57,191 nucleotides of DNA, taken from positions 1-57,191 of IMG/VR virus record IMGVR_UViG_3300044724_009593; one strand, 5' to 3'. A program made the position numbers and the translations under genes. The notes beneath the pieces are model-generated. The model did not search any database and was not told the DNA's origin. It was given only the letters and a program-made list of their open reading frames with translations. Shown one piece after another: positions 18,801 to 28,885 of this stretch (position 1 is the first letter of the stretch; the number at the start of each line of letters is the position of its first letter). This stretch comes from a virus (Duplodnaviria > Caudoviricetes).

Positions 18801-19482
18801 TTTTTCCTGTTAACAATTCACCACTAGCATGATATTGTGTTGGATTAAACAACAGAGCATCATTTACAGAATAATTCAGCATTGATTGGAAATCCTGTAA
18901 TATTAGATTATAAGTTTCTGCATTTAGTGTATAGCTTTTCCTGGTTAGCTTATTTATATATCCTGTAATTGAATTTTTATTTTCTACTGGTAGATAAGTT
19001 TTTATTACTTTGCATGATTCATTAGTAATACCATTGTAAAATTTTCCTTGATTAATCTTGCTCCATTCAATATTTTCGCCTAGAAAATAATTTAAGAATA
19101 TCAAATAGTTTTCGTCTTGTGCAGAACTAGCTAATAAATTTAATTTGCCTTTACAATCATAAATAAATGTTTTACTTGTGTGCAAAGAATAGTTGACACC
19201 TAATGCGTGGCCATCTGTGTGGAAATTAAGTGAAGATCCTATTGTCCTATGCCGTCCAAGCACCTTTTCTATTCTATTTAATTTAAGGTATTCACATAAA
19301 GCATTGTTAACTTTTTTATCAGCTCTAAATCGTAATGTTATATCAAACATAGCACCTATTTCATCACCCTCATTTTTGTTTAGGATTGGAAATTTGCTTT
19401 TGTCAATAACGTAATCAGCAAATAAATCTTTTAGCACTATTGGCTTATAAAAGTTAGCCTTTTGTTTTTGTGTAGAGTTCAT
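18763..19482 (-). CDS. Divergent 2OG-Fe(II) oxygenase-like protein
   Basis: HTDGH and FNPTQYHAS. Confidence 0.55.
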   Translation of the reverse strand: MNSTQKQKANFYKPIVLKDLFADYVIDKSKFPILNKNEGDEIGAMFDITLRFRADKKVNNALCEYLKLNRIEKVLGRHRTIGSSLNFHTDGHALGVNYSLHTSKTFIYDCKGKLNLLASSAQDENYLIFLNYFLGENIEWSKINQGKFYNGITNESCKVIKTYLPVENKNSITGYINKLTRKSYTLNAETYNLILQDFQSMLNYSVNDALLFNPTQYHASGELLTGKNVFRNFVEFFIY

Positions 19483-20446
19483 AAATTACCTTAACATCGT
19501 GAGTTAACAGTTTTTGTTTTTTTAATTTTTTTAAAAAATCATAAAATAAATCTTTACTAAAACTTACATTATTAACCTTTAAAGATTTTTCAAAACAACC
19601 TTTTGCATCGAATTGACTAATTTCTCTTATATTAAATTTTTTACAGAGCTTAAAAAAATCTTTTTCACCTCCTAGTGAGTTTTTGTCGATAGTTAAATGT
19701 AAAGTTAATTTTATTCTATTTCTTCTACATAATAGAAAAAAATCTTCTATAAAATTTAATTTTGTTTCGATATCATTTGATGTTAATTGTAATGTTGCAT
19801 AGTCTAATCTTTTATCAATATCTGATTTAAGCGTTAGATAAGATCCGGTTAAAATTGTATTATCAACGTTGGTAACATCATTTAGATTTACAAATTCTAT
19901 AGCATCGAATTTCTTGGTACTTGTAATTACGTCAATGTAGGATTTATTTTTTGACGTAATCTGGCATACTCTATTGTGATACCAATATTTACTTAGGTCT
20001 AAATTAAAGAAACTTAATTTTTTTAATGGTGTGACTGGAAAATCATTTAATATTTTAAATTGCATTTCCGGATATAAAATTGCGAATTTTTCTAAAAAAA
20101 TTTGTGATAATTGATCTTCATTTCTCACTAAGAAAATTTCTTCATAATCTACAAGGCATTCAGTAGCTCCTTGTAGTAGGGTTAAAAAACTATCTTCATC
20201 ACTTAAATATTTTTTCAATTCACATGCAGCGTTTTTATTGTGTAAAAAAGATTCATTTTTTCTTAAGGATAGATTTCTATTTTTAGGTGGTGGATATATT
20301 TTTTTACCACCTAATTCTATAATTTTATTGAGTTGCCAGTTTAGGTCAAAAAGATATATATCATCATTAAAATAATTAGCATGGATTAGGAAATTTATTG
20401 GAAAGTATTCAACTGGATGTAAAGGTAAATTTACAATCGCTTTCAT
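19454..20446 (-). CDS. Hypothetical protein, possibly a decayed B12-binding/radical SAM-like fold
   Basis: 330-aa ORF in operon; no CxxxCxxC; family call weak. Confidence 0.5.
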   Translation of the reverse strand: MKAIVNLPLHPVEYFPINFLIHANYFNDDIYLFDLNWQLNKIIELGGKKIYPPPKNRNLSLRKNESFLHNKNAACELKKYLSDEDSFLTLLQGATECLVDYEEIFLVRNEDQLSQIFLEKFAILYPEMQFKILNDFPVTPLKKLSFFNLDLSKYWYHNRVCQITSKNKSYIDVITSTKKFDAIEFVNLNDVTNVDNTILTGSYLTLKSDIDKRLDYATLQLTSNDIETKLNFIEDFFLLCRRNRIKLTLHLTIDKNSLGGEKDFFKLCKKFNIREISQFDAKGCFEKSLKVNNVSFSKDLFYDFLKKLKKQKLLTHDVKVIYELYTKTKG

Positions 20447-20640
20447 ACACTCCTTGCAACAATAATCACAATTTCATCGCTTAATAAATTTTTTGTTATT
20501 ACATTTTTGAGCAACTGTAAATTCTCATCATTCAAATCAGTAATCCGTCTTTGATTTACTATAATATTGGCTTGTTGCAGTATAGTGACTAATTCTTGTT
20601 CATTTTCATCGTTTGGTCCACTATATAAAACAGCTTCCAT
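20443..20640 (-). CDS. Small hypothetical protein
   Basis: 65 aa, coupled to neighbours. Confidence 0.6.
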   Translation of the reverse strand: MEAVLYSGPNDENEQELVTILQQANIIVNQRRITDLNDENLQLLKNVITKNLLSDEIVIIVARSV

Positions 20641-20643
20641 AAA

Positions 20644-21339
20644 TTACCTTTCTAAGTAAAGCACACCTGTTAACATGTATTTATAAAGTTTCTCTTTATG
20701 ATGGTATGATCCATGTAAATTATTACAAGGAAATACATGACAACTTCCATGGATAAAAGGTAGAATTTTATAAGTTTTTAGACCAGCTAGTTCTTTATCG
20801 TTACCAACATGTCCGTCTAAACCTAAGTCTAAGTCAGGCTTTGTATATTCTCTTGTATTGTTTTCTATACTATACAAAATAGGAATACTGACCAGCTTAT
20901 CAATATCTACAAGATGAAACATATTATGTGTTTTTTTAATGTAGAAATCATTTGTAGGTAAATTTTTATTATAATAAATTGTATCATTACCATCTGAACA
21001 ACATATGTTAAATCTTGTAATTACTTTTCCATGTTTACTTAGCCCGTTATCACTGTCAGTATGCGGAGGGTGTCCTCCTTCTTTAACCTTTTTTAGATAT
21101 GCATTATATTTTACGTTTAATGGCAATTTTAAAATAGAAAATAAATTTTTAAAATCCGAAAAATAATCTTGTATCAAATCCTGTGTTGCAATTGGATAAT
21201 GACTGTTATTTAAATCAAATTCGCTATGGTTACTATTGTTTATAATAGGTATGCAACCGTCACTATATTTGCTAATTATATTTTCAAAATCAAACTTTAT
21301 AAAATCTTGCAAAAAAATTTTAGTTTTATTTTCATGCAT
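20644..21339 (-). CDS. Divergent 2OG-Fe(II) oxygenase-like protein
   Basis: PHTDSD and FPCNNLHGS. Confidence 0.6.
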   Translation of the reverse strand: MHENKTKIFLQDFIKFDFENIISKYSDGCIPIINNSNHSEFDLNNSHYPIATQDLIQDYFSDFKNLFSILKLPLNVKYNAYLKKVKEGGHPPHTDSDNGLSKHGKVITRFNICCSDGNDTIYYNKNLPTNDFYIKKTHNMFHLVDIDKLVSIPILYSIENNTREYTKPDLDLGLDGHVGNDKELAGLKTYKILPFIHGSCHVFPCNNLHGSYHHKEKLYKYMLTGVLYLER

Positions 21340-22480
21340 AATAATTATCTATAATAGCTTTGAAGTCTACCTTTCTTTTCTCTTTCACTAGATCACAATA
21401 ATCAAAAAATGTGTTTTTGTAATGTTCACCAATGAAGTCTTCTTGTGAGAAGACATTTGATAAGGTATGATAATCAGCATTATTCATCAAATTTTTAACG
21501 TCATTTAAGATTTTTTGCTTCAAATTTTTATCTAGTATAGCTGGATGTACATAGCTGTTAGATTTATTAACTCCTGTTGCATAGCTATCTGTTATTGCAT
21601 ATCTAAAATTATAATAGATCCCCAATGTTTCGGCCCATGATATAAAATCTTTCAAACCTAACGCACTAAATGAACTAATCGTATAAACTAAGTTAAGCTC
21701 TATTGTTTTATAATTAGTAGCCAACTCATTAAATTTATCAATTATTTTTGTTACTTTATCCCATTTCGCAGGATATCTTACAAAATTAAATACATCATTT
21801 GTGCCATCTATACTAAGATTAATAACACTGCGTTTAAATTTAGGTAAAACCATTTCTAGTGTTTTATTAAAGATTGTACCATTTGTAAAGATATGTAGCT
21901 GTATTGTTTGCAGCTCTTTTGATTTTGTATTGACATAATTAAAAAAATCCCTATGTATCAACGGTTCGCCTCCATACAATGTAATTTTTTTTGCAGTATT
22001 CTTATTATATGCAATAAAATCATCGAATATTTTTTTTACTGCAATTAAATCTAATTTTTCTTCAGGATAATATACAGCATTTTTTTGATATCTGCTAAAA
22101 GCGTCAACATCTTCATTCCATTTACTACTAAAATGAGCGGAACACATAATACATTTCAAATTACATGTAGTGCTAAGTTTTAATTGTAATTCGGACGGAA
22201 ATCTTCTTGGAATTTTAATTACACCTTTTGAGTTAATTGTATCTTGTCTAAGGCTTCTTATATTATTAGATTCTTGTGCAAAACAAAAACTACAATTTTG
22301 TGGTGGTTTAGCATTAGGTAATAACATTTGTTGTCTTAGACTGTTCATTTTTTTAGAATTCCAAAAAGCTACCCAAGACTCTTCTTTATTTTCATAGGTA
22401 TCCCCTGATACACAACATAATCGCGCATTATTTCCTTGCACTTCTAGATTAAAAAATGGTATAGGACAATAATTTTTCAT
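21332..22480 (-). CDS. Radical SAM enzyme with N-terminal twitch/SPASM-like Cys cluster
   Basis: CNLKCIMC motif, GGEP, SIDG; N-terminal YCPIPF..LCC..NCSFC. Confidence 0.9.
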   Translation of the reverse strand: MKNYCPIPFFNLEVQGNNARLCCVSGDTYENKEESWVAFWNSKKMNSLRQQMLLPNAKPPQNCSFCFAQESNNIRSLRQDTINSKGVIKIPRRFPSELQLKLSTTCNLKCIMCSAHFSSKWNEDVDAFSRYQKNAVYYPEEKLDLIAVKKIFDDFIAYNKNTAKKITLYGGEPLIHRDFFNYVNTKSKELQTIQLHIFTNGTIFNKTLEMVLPKFKRSVINLSIDGTNDVFNFVRYPAKWDKVTKIIDKFNELATNYKTIELNLVYTISSFSALGLKDFISWAETLGIYYNFRYAITDSYATGVNKSNSYVHPAILDKNLKQKILNDVKNLMNNADYHTLSNVFSQEDFIGEHYKNTFFDYCDLVKEKRKVDFKAIIDNYYA

Positions 22481-23385
22481 TTTTTATTAATATAAAGGTT
22501 TAATCTAAGACATAATTTCGCATCAAAGTCCTTAAAATCACCACTACAATGTGTTTGATATGGATTTTGGACTAAAAACTCTCCATCTTTAAAATTATAG
22601 ATATTTTCTATAGTCAGTCCGTGCAAACAATTGAACAGAACCAAATCTAAATTAGGCAAGACCTTAGATGCTTCCTCTCTAAAATCAGTATATGCATCTA
22701 CCATTTTCCTAAAGAAAACAATATTTTGTTTAGTGATCCAACTGTTTTGTAAATTGAGCAAAAGAGTATTACCGTTATTATCTTCTATAGGTAAATCTTC
22801 AATGCCTGCTTTGTTGAAGTAATGTTTTCCTATAAAACGTTCATAAAATTGTGTTTGTTTAAATTCTTGTATTTGCTTTTTACGTAAAAAAGTTTTGTTA
22901 AATTCTAATCCGCCTAGCGAAGCTGTATAATTTAAATGTTGCTGAAATAATGTAAAAATTACGTTATCAAAAGAAAAATTTATATTGTTATTTTTAATTA
23001 TACACAATGGTATGAGTATTGTTTTAATTAAATATCCGCCTTCTTTACCATAAACAAGGTGTCCATCTATATGCGGCATAGTTGGTTCAACAATATATAA
23101 TACACATGGATCGCTTAAATGCAGTTTAAAATTTTGGATTGGGAAATCTAATAAATGTGGTAAAATAAATTCCTGTATTGAATTGCGAAATATCGACGGA
23201 CAAGGTAACGTAAATGATACACCCTTAGATACCTTACTTTTGTTTACATCCCTTGTTAATTCCCATATATGATTTTCAAAATAGTTAACAATTTGTTTTC
23301 TAATGGCCTTAGGTATAACATTACTGAAAATTTTATTTGGAAATTTTATTTCATCCTTTAATCTGCTATAAAACACCTTATCCAT
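22477..23385 (-). CDS. Divergent 2OG-Fe(II) oxygenase-like protein
   Basis: PHIDGH and NPYQTHCSGDF. Confidence 0.6.
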   Translation of the reverse strand: MDKVFYSRLKDEIKFPNKIFSNVIPKAIRKQIVNYFENHIWELTRDVNKSKVSKGVSFTLPCPSIFRNSIQEFILPHLLDFPIQNFKLHLSDPCVLYIVEPTMPHIDGHLVYGKEGGYLIKTILIPLCIIKNNNINFSFDNVIFTLFQQHLNYTASLGGLEFNKTFLRKKQIQEFKQTQFYERFIGKHYFNKAGIEDLPIEDNNGNTLLLNLQNSWITKQNIVFFRKMVDAYTDFREEASKVLPNLDLVLFNCLHGLTIENIYNFKDGEFLVQNPYQTHCSGDFKDFDAKLCLRLNLYINKK

Positions 23386-24247
23386 TTTTCAAAAGATTTT
23401 CTAGATTATCTATAATAATTTTAGTATCAATAGAGACTGAATTGATTTTTTCACTTTTTAAATTGATATTGTTATGACCTAACGAAATAGGCGAAGTAAC
23501 ACTCCACAAAACAATACCATTAATTGATTTTTCAAAATTTGCTGCTGCATGAGGTACCATACTATCAATACTAACAAACGCAGCGGCATTTTTAATCGTT
23601 TCTATTAAATTTAGGATATTTTCATTTTCTACTTGTCCTACTCTCTCATAAGCAAAAATTTCTTTATCATAAAAATCTACTGAGGTTCGGACAATAATGA
23701 CCCAATAATTCCGGAAATGCTCAAGGATGCTACAAATGATTTCTTTAGAGTTATCGCAAGATCTAGGATCATTTACAGCCCTATTACCTTCAACAGTGCT
23801 ACCGCCTTGTAATTGAATAATAATATAAGGAGATTTTATTGTGTTTTTTAATTTTTCTACGTAATTTTTATTTAAATCTGTAGTCTTAACTTCATTTAAA
23901 ATAGTCTGTGGATCAACTGATAATTTTAATTCTAATTGCTCATATAATGATTCATAAAAATGGACATCATGATACCAATACGAACTAAGATAAGGTTCAG
24001 TGTAAACTATATTATCAAAATAATCCTTATAGTCTGATGGTACTTTTTGAGACGGGCCTGGTATAGGGATAACATTTTGCACAGCTCTATGATTTTTAAA
24101 CAACTCCATCCATATAGCTGGGCACATAATACTAATTTTTCTTCTATCTTTTTTTGCCAAAGCACTCACTGCACCTGAAAACAAGATGTTTTTGCCTAAA
24201 CCTCCTTGGATTCCATAAAGAGTTGTTTTTGGTATTTCATTATTCAT
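23378..24247 (-). CDS. Glycosyltransferase, GT9/heptosyltransferase-like
   Basis: GGLGKNIL N-terminal motif; IIIQLQGG; FVSIDSMVPHAAA. Confidence 0.75.
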   Translation of the reverse strand: MNNEIPKTTLYGIQGGLGKNILFSGAVSALAKKDRRKISIMCPAIWMELFKNHRAVQNVIPIPGPSQKVPSDYKDYFDNIVYTEPYLSSYWYHDVHFYESLYEQLELKLSVDPQTILNEVKTTDLNKNYVEKLKNTIKSPYIIIQLQGGSTVEGNRAVNDPRSCDNSKEIICSILEHFRNYWVIIVRTSVDFYDKEIFAYERVGQVENENILNLIETIKNAAAFVSIDSMVPHAAANFEKSINGIVLWSVTSPISLGHNNINLKSEKINSVSIDTKIIIDNLENLLKNG

Positions 24248-24906
24248 CTAAATTTAGGTCCTTGTATCCAGCATATAAAACCAAATCTATTACCCCGAGT
24301 AATTTCGGTTACTTCGTGCTCTAAAAAGGTAGGAAATATTAAAATACTTCCTTTTTCTTTTTGATGAGAAGGTTGTTGTATTTTATCAGTTTGACCTAAC
24401 AATGTTTCTCCACCGTCATAATCGGACTCGTCTGATAATTGTATGATTACTGTAAGTTTTCTATCATAATAATTGTTATCCCAATGATTTGTATCATCGT
24501 GTGGCTGGAACCAATCGCCTGGTCTATACCACATTAATTGTTTGCTCATTATTCCATAGCTAATATCTAAGAAAAAATTGTTAACATTTGCATAAAATGT
24601 ATAGTCTAAAATTTTTTTATCTAACCAGTCTATTTTGTCTGGTAAGAACATATGTTTTCTAGACCTTTTTTCTCTAAAGTACTTAAACCAAGGATTATTT
24701 TCATCAACTTGATTTTCAACGAAACATTCATCTTCGTTCCACATATCTAGTAACAGCTTACACTCATTGTCATCAAATGCATGCCTCTCAAAATAATACG
24801 GTTTCCTGACATCGTTCATTTGATCGTAATTATGATGTTCTAAAATATCTTTCGAAGCTGCTAATTCTAAAGGATGTTGTATCATGTTAACCTTAAAAAA
24901 ATACAA
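24244..24906 (-). CDS. 2OG-Fe(II) oxygenase, prolyl-4-hydroxylase/PKHD type
   Basis: HDD...RKLTVIIQLS..DYDGGE..FPTFLEHEVTEITRGNR..GPKFR; complete triad. Confidence 0.9.
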   Translation of the reverse strand: MYFFKVNMIQHPLELAASKDILEHHNYDQMNDVRKPYYFERHAFDDNECKLLLDMWNEDECFVENQVDENNPWFKYFREKRSRKHMFLPDKIDWLDKKILDYTFYANVNNFFLDISYGIMSKQLMWYRPGDWFQPHDDTNHWDNNYYDRKLTVIIQLSDESDYDGGETLLGQTDKIQQPSHQKEKGSILIFPTFLEHEVTEITRGNRFGFICWIQGPKFR

Positions 24907-25552
24907 TAAAGCTATATCTTGTTTTTATTTTTGGATGGAAAAATTTTACCATATGTTCTCTAGCAGGATACAAAGATTGTTGTGTACCTAGGAATATAGC
25001 ACTCGTTTTAGGTGTCCTAAATAATGGCATCCATTTTCCTGTTGAATCATCTCTAGATACTAATCCAGGATGTGTTGAATTGACCAAAGAAAAAGTTTTA
25101 TTATCTTTGTGCATACCCATGTGTGGGTAAGACTTTTTGCTAGTAGCTGTAGGATTTCTTTTATAATATTTTAAGAAATTGTAACTTAAAGATGCTGTAT
25201 TTACATCCTTATTGATTCCTAAACCTTCGGCTAATCCGCTGAAAATTTCTACAACTGTTTCAAAGTAGACATCAATTAATTTATTAAAGTCGTCTTTGCC
25301 ATCGGTTAGCTCAAAATTGTAAGATACTGTGGTAGTCTTATCATTTTCAAAATTATAAAAATTTCTTTGAATTTGCGCTTCTGTTTTAACTCTATCGAGA
25401 TGTAATTTATCCCAATTCAATAAACTAGGCTGGTCTGGTATGTCAAAGTTATCATAAAGTTTAGGAGCCAAATTTAAAATGTCCATAATAATTTCATCTT
25501 GTTCGTAAAAACAATAACTATACTTTTTAATGAAAGCAAGCATGTCATTCAT
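24893..25552 (-). CDS. 2OG-Fe(II) oxygenase, IPNS/ACCO-like
   Basis: HKD...PGL...AREHMV...RYS. Confidence 0.75.
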   Translation of the reverse strand: MNDMLAFIKKYSYCFYEQDEIIMDILNLAPKLYDNFDIPDQPSLLNWDKLHLDRVKTEAQIQRNFYNFENDKTTTVSYNFELTDGKDDFNKLIDVYFETVVEIFSGLAEGLGINKDVNTASLSYNFLKYYKRNPTATSKKSYPHMGMHKDNKTFSLVNSTHPGLVSRDDSTGKWMPLFRTPKTSAIFLGTQQSLYPAREHMVKFFHPKIKTRYSFIVFF

Positions 25553-26148
25553 CTAAATTTAGGTCCTGTAGCAAAAGCAAGCAAAATTTTCTTATTACCC
25601 TTTGTTATGGGTTCCACACTATATCGGATATATGATGGAAAAATTGTAACAGTACCTTTAGTTAGAAATTTCTTAGGTATAGGAACGGTGTTCATATAAC
25701 ATCCATATGCACCACCGTTGTAGTCAGTATAATTTTCTAATTCAATCAATATTGTTAATTTTTTATCAAAGGGCAAAGGATTAAACCACCAATCGCAATC
25801 TTCATGAAAATCCCACTCATCATTTAATCCAAAATGTAAAATGTTACATTGATAAATCTTATTAATATCTAGTAAAAAATTACTATCATTGGCGTCTTTA
25901 ACTAATTTCCATATCGGATCTATTATCCATGAATGGCTTATATCTTTATATTGATCAAAAATGTTGATAATATCCATTGAAGATCTATTATTATGATATC
26001 CAGTATATTTTTTTGTATATTTGTTAATTATTAAATCACAAATTTGCGGAGAAAAATAATTTTGATATTGTACCCAAGGAAATTTTTTGTAACTTATTAC
26101 ATGATGACTATTGTTTTTTCCAAAAATTGGTTCTTGTTGTTCAGTCAT
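25549..26148 (-). CDS. PKHD-type 2OG-Fe(II) oxygenase-like, distal His replaced by Tyr
   Basis: HED, KKLT, DYNGG, FPSYIRYSVEPITKG, GPKFR. Confidence 0.8.
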   Translation of the reverse strand: MTEQQEPIFGKNNSHHVISYKKFPWVQYQNYFSPQICDLIINKYTKKYTGYHNNRSSMDIINIFDQYKDISHSWIIDPIWKLVKDANDSNFLLDINKIYQCNILHFGLNDEWDFHEDCDWWFNPLPFDKKLTILIELENYTDYNGGAYGCYMNTVPIPKKFLTKGTVTIFPSYIRYSVEPITKGNKKILLAFATGPKFR

Positions 26149-27485
26149 AATTCAGGCCTAACTTGCTTTCCGTCTATTTTTACTACTTTTTGTCCAGTTA
26201 ACATTTTGATTGCGGCTTTGAAATGACCCATATTATATGCATATTCATTCCAACAGGTTTGAGCAAATTCTTGTCCTTTTAAGAACATACACGATCCTTG
26301 ACATAGTTGTACAACTGGACAATGACTACATTCTTGTCTCCAAGACCAATGCTGGCTAGACTTAATACGTACATCCTCAAGGCTATCTAAATGTCCTGCA
26401 AGATGATCTCTTTCTAATCCTACATTTTGGCAAGTTAAAACATTGCCTTTCAAATCAACTGCAAGCTCGTCATCTCTATCCATTCCGCATTTTTGTCCAA
26501 CCACTTGCCAAGGTTTTTTATAAAGGAGTGTGGCAAAAAATTCATTAAATTTATCAACAGATGAAATAACATTTAACAATGGTTTTGTGCCTTCTATACA
26601 ACCATTGTAAACGCTATCTTCAAATTCTTGTAAAAATGTATAGTCAAACTTACCTGTCTTTTCATTTGTCGCAGTCTTAATATCATAGGCTTCGACAACT
26701 CCCTCTGCGTTTAATGGCACATTAGGATCATTCATTTTATCTTTAAACCATTGAACGGTAGCTTCAAAGTCCTTGTTAGCTTTTGTCCAAACAATAGTAA
26801 AACTGAATCCTAATTTTCCTTTTTTGCTTTTATCAATAAGTTGTTTTACCAATGCGTATTTTTTTGGATTATCAAGTGGATCTGGACCTCTTAAGTGATA
26901 TCCTGGTCCATCGTGGCTCATAGCTATTCCGAAATTATATTTTTCAAAAAAGTCTACTTTTTCTTGTGTTAATAAACTTCCATTTGTAACAATTGTAAAT
27001 TCTAAGTCATCACCCCATTTTTCACGTAAAATAGGAGTCAAGCGTTTAATTTGATTCCAATACAATAATGGTTCTCCTCCCCAAAATTCTACACTATGAC
27101 ATGTATCTTCTGGGAACCATTCGTCTAATTTTTCTATGAAAGTTTCTAAATCAGTTTGATCACTTTTTATTGCTTCTGGAACAAAACTACTTTGGCTACA
27201 ATATTCACATTTATAATTACATTTCAATCCAAGTTGTATTTTTAATCTTCCAACTTCTCTAGTTTTTGTACCAGGATTGAAAAATGGATGGATAGGATCA
27301 ATTGGCTGCATATGAAAATAGTCTTTCACTCCATAGACTTCCATGTCATTAATTTTCTTAATACCAATAGGATTTTTTTGATATACATCACTCCTATGTT
27401 CATCTACTAATTTAGATTGATGCGGCTTGTAGTAAAGTTTTTTACCATTTTCAAGGTGTAAAGTATATTCTAAATCTTTATCCAT
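26145..27485 (-). CDS. Radical SAM/SPASM-domain enzyme (peptide/protein maturase type)
   Basis: CNYKCEYC, FWGGEP, SHDG; SPASM KCG..LTCQ..CSHCPVVQLCQGSC..C. Confidence 0.92.
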   Translation of the reverse strand: MDKDLEYTLHLENGKKLYYKPHQSKLVDEHRSDVYQKNPIGIKKINDMEVYGVKDYFHMQPIDPIHPFFNPGTKTREVGRLKIQLGLKCNYKCEYCSQSSFVPEAIKSDQTDLETFIEKLDEWFPEDTCHSVEFWGGEPLLYWNQIKRLTPILREKWGDDLEFTIVTNGSLLTQEKVDFFEKYNFGIAMSHDGPGYHLRGPDPLDNPKKYALVKQLIDKSKKGKLGFSFTIVWTKANKDFEATVQWFKDKMNDPNVPLNAEGVVEAYDIKTATNEKTGKFDYTFLQEFEDSVYNGCIEGTKPLLNVISSVDKFNEFFATLLYKKPWQVVGQKCGMDRDDELAVDLKGNVLTCQNVGLERDHLAGHLDSLEDVRIKSSQHWSWRQECSHCPVVQLCQGSCMFLKGQEFAQTCWNEYAYNMGHFKAAIKMLTGQKVVKIDGKQVRPEL

Positions 27486-28671
27486 TATTTTTCCTTAGTT
27501 TTATATTATTAGCTAGATATCTTTTTCCAAATGCGTTAAAAAACTTATTGTATCCATATTTACCATAGAATATAGGCCACCCTTTTTTTTCTAGTTTTTT
27601 TAAATACCAGTCTTGAAATTGGGTAACATATTGCCAATATGGAGAATCTCTCCTAGAGCTTATACAATAGGCACCTTCAACATACGAAATATGGTTTTCA
27701 ATCATATTTCTAAAACCAAAATTATATATTGATTGAAGCTTGTTACTTATTGTAAAATTATTATCTTTAAGTAATTTACAAAAAGATTCTAACATAAAAG
27801 ATATAATGGTTAATGTTGTGCTTTCCAATGGTTCTATAAATACCGCAGCGCCTCCTATTTTCAAACTGTTTCTATTCCACGGATTAGGATTATAACGCGA
27901 AGGAAAACGTACTTCGTATAAATTTTCTAAACCATACCATTTATACATTTCTTTCTTTGCTTCTTCAATTGAAAGATATTTGGTTGAAAACACTCGCCCT
28001 ACTCCTAGTTGATCTTGTAATGGAATCTCCCAACTCCATCCAACTGAATGTGCAAAAGTTTGTGTAAAATATCTTTTTTCTGAAAAAGGTATATGCCCTG
28101 CCAAAGCGTAATCATTAATAATAGCACGAGATGCTCTTATCCTAGAATCTTGCCCTCGGAAACCTCTGCAATCAACAACAAATTCATGTAGATTTGCAAG
28201 CAAAGAAGTATCTTTAACATGTTGATTAAAAATGTTTATATCTAATGTTTCACATTTTTGCAATAATAAGGGTTGTAATTTAGTGCTTTGTAAGTGATAT
28301 GCATAAAGAGCAGACGAAGGTAAGTTATCTTCGTTGTAAGTAAAAATTTTATTTTCACAATCGATATCAGATGTTAAATGTTCATGACAAAAGGGAAAGA
28401 TCCATTCGTGACCTTTATAATTCCAATTATTATGTTTTACATAAAATTTATAAGTTGCATTGCAATGGCTTATCCAGTCCTTGTTATCTCCAAAAACTGT
28501 ATCAAAATATTTTGACAAGTACGGTTGGGTAGATTCCCCAACGATCAAAGGTTGCAGATTAGGATCACGATAAATTTCAACCTCTAAATCTTTACAAACA
28601 GACTTTATAAAAGTTGCAGCCATTAATCCTGCTGTTCCAGAGCCAACAACCTTTATTTTTTTAATTTCCAT
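27478..28671 (-). CDS. Tryptophan-halogenase-like flavoprotein
   Basis: GSGTAG, VGEST, ATYK (catalytic Lys position), WSWEIP, FIEPLEST. Confidence 0.88.
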   Translation of the reverse strand: MEIKKIKVVGSGTAGLMAATFIKSVCKDLEVEIYRDPNLQPLIVGESTQPYLSKYFDTVFGDNKDWISHCNATYKFYVKHNNWNYKGHEWIFPFCHEHLTSDIDCENKIFTYNEDNLPSSALYAYHLQSTKLQPLLLQKCETLDINIFNQHVKDTSLLANLHEFVVDCRGFRGQDSRIRASRAIINDYALAGHIPFSEKRYFTQTFAHSVGWSWEIPLQDQLGVGRVFSTKYLSIEEAKKEMYKWYGLENLYEVRFPSRYNPNPWNRNSLKIGGAAVFIEPLESTTLTIISFMLESFCKLLKDNNFTISNKLQSIYNFGFRNMIENHISYVEGAYCISSRRDSPYWQYVTQFQDWYLKKLEKKGWPIFYGKYGYNKFFNAFGKRYLANNIKLRKNNG

Positions 28672-28672
28672 T

Positions 28673-28885
28673 TTAGATAGGATTGTTTATTTCATATACA
28701 GAAGAAAGATTTCCCTTACCATAAAGGTACACAATCTCTTTTCCTAAACTATATCCTCTTACAGGCGTTATCCTTGATTTATCAATCTTAAGTGGTAATT
28801 CTTTTAATTCCTGCTTTATGTCTTTTCTTTCTTCATTGCTTTTTGTTTTAATTAAAGTCCTTCTAAAAAGTATAAATGAGTTCAT
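28673..28885 (-). CDS. Small hypothetical protein
   Basis: 70 aa between the two halogenase-like genes. Confidence 0.55.
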   Translation of the reverse strand: MNSFILFRRTLIKTKSNEERKDIKQELKELPLKIDKSRITPVRGYSLGKEIVYLYGKGNLSSVYEINNPI

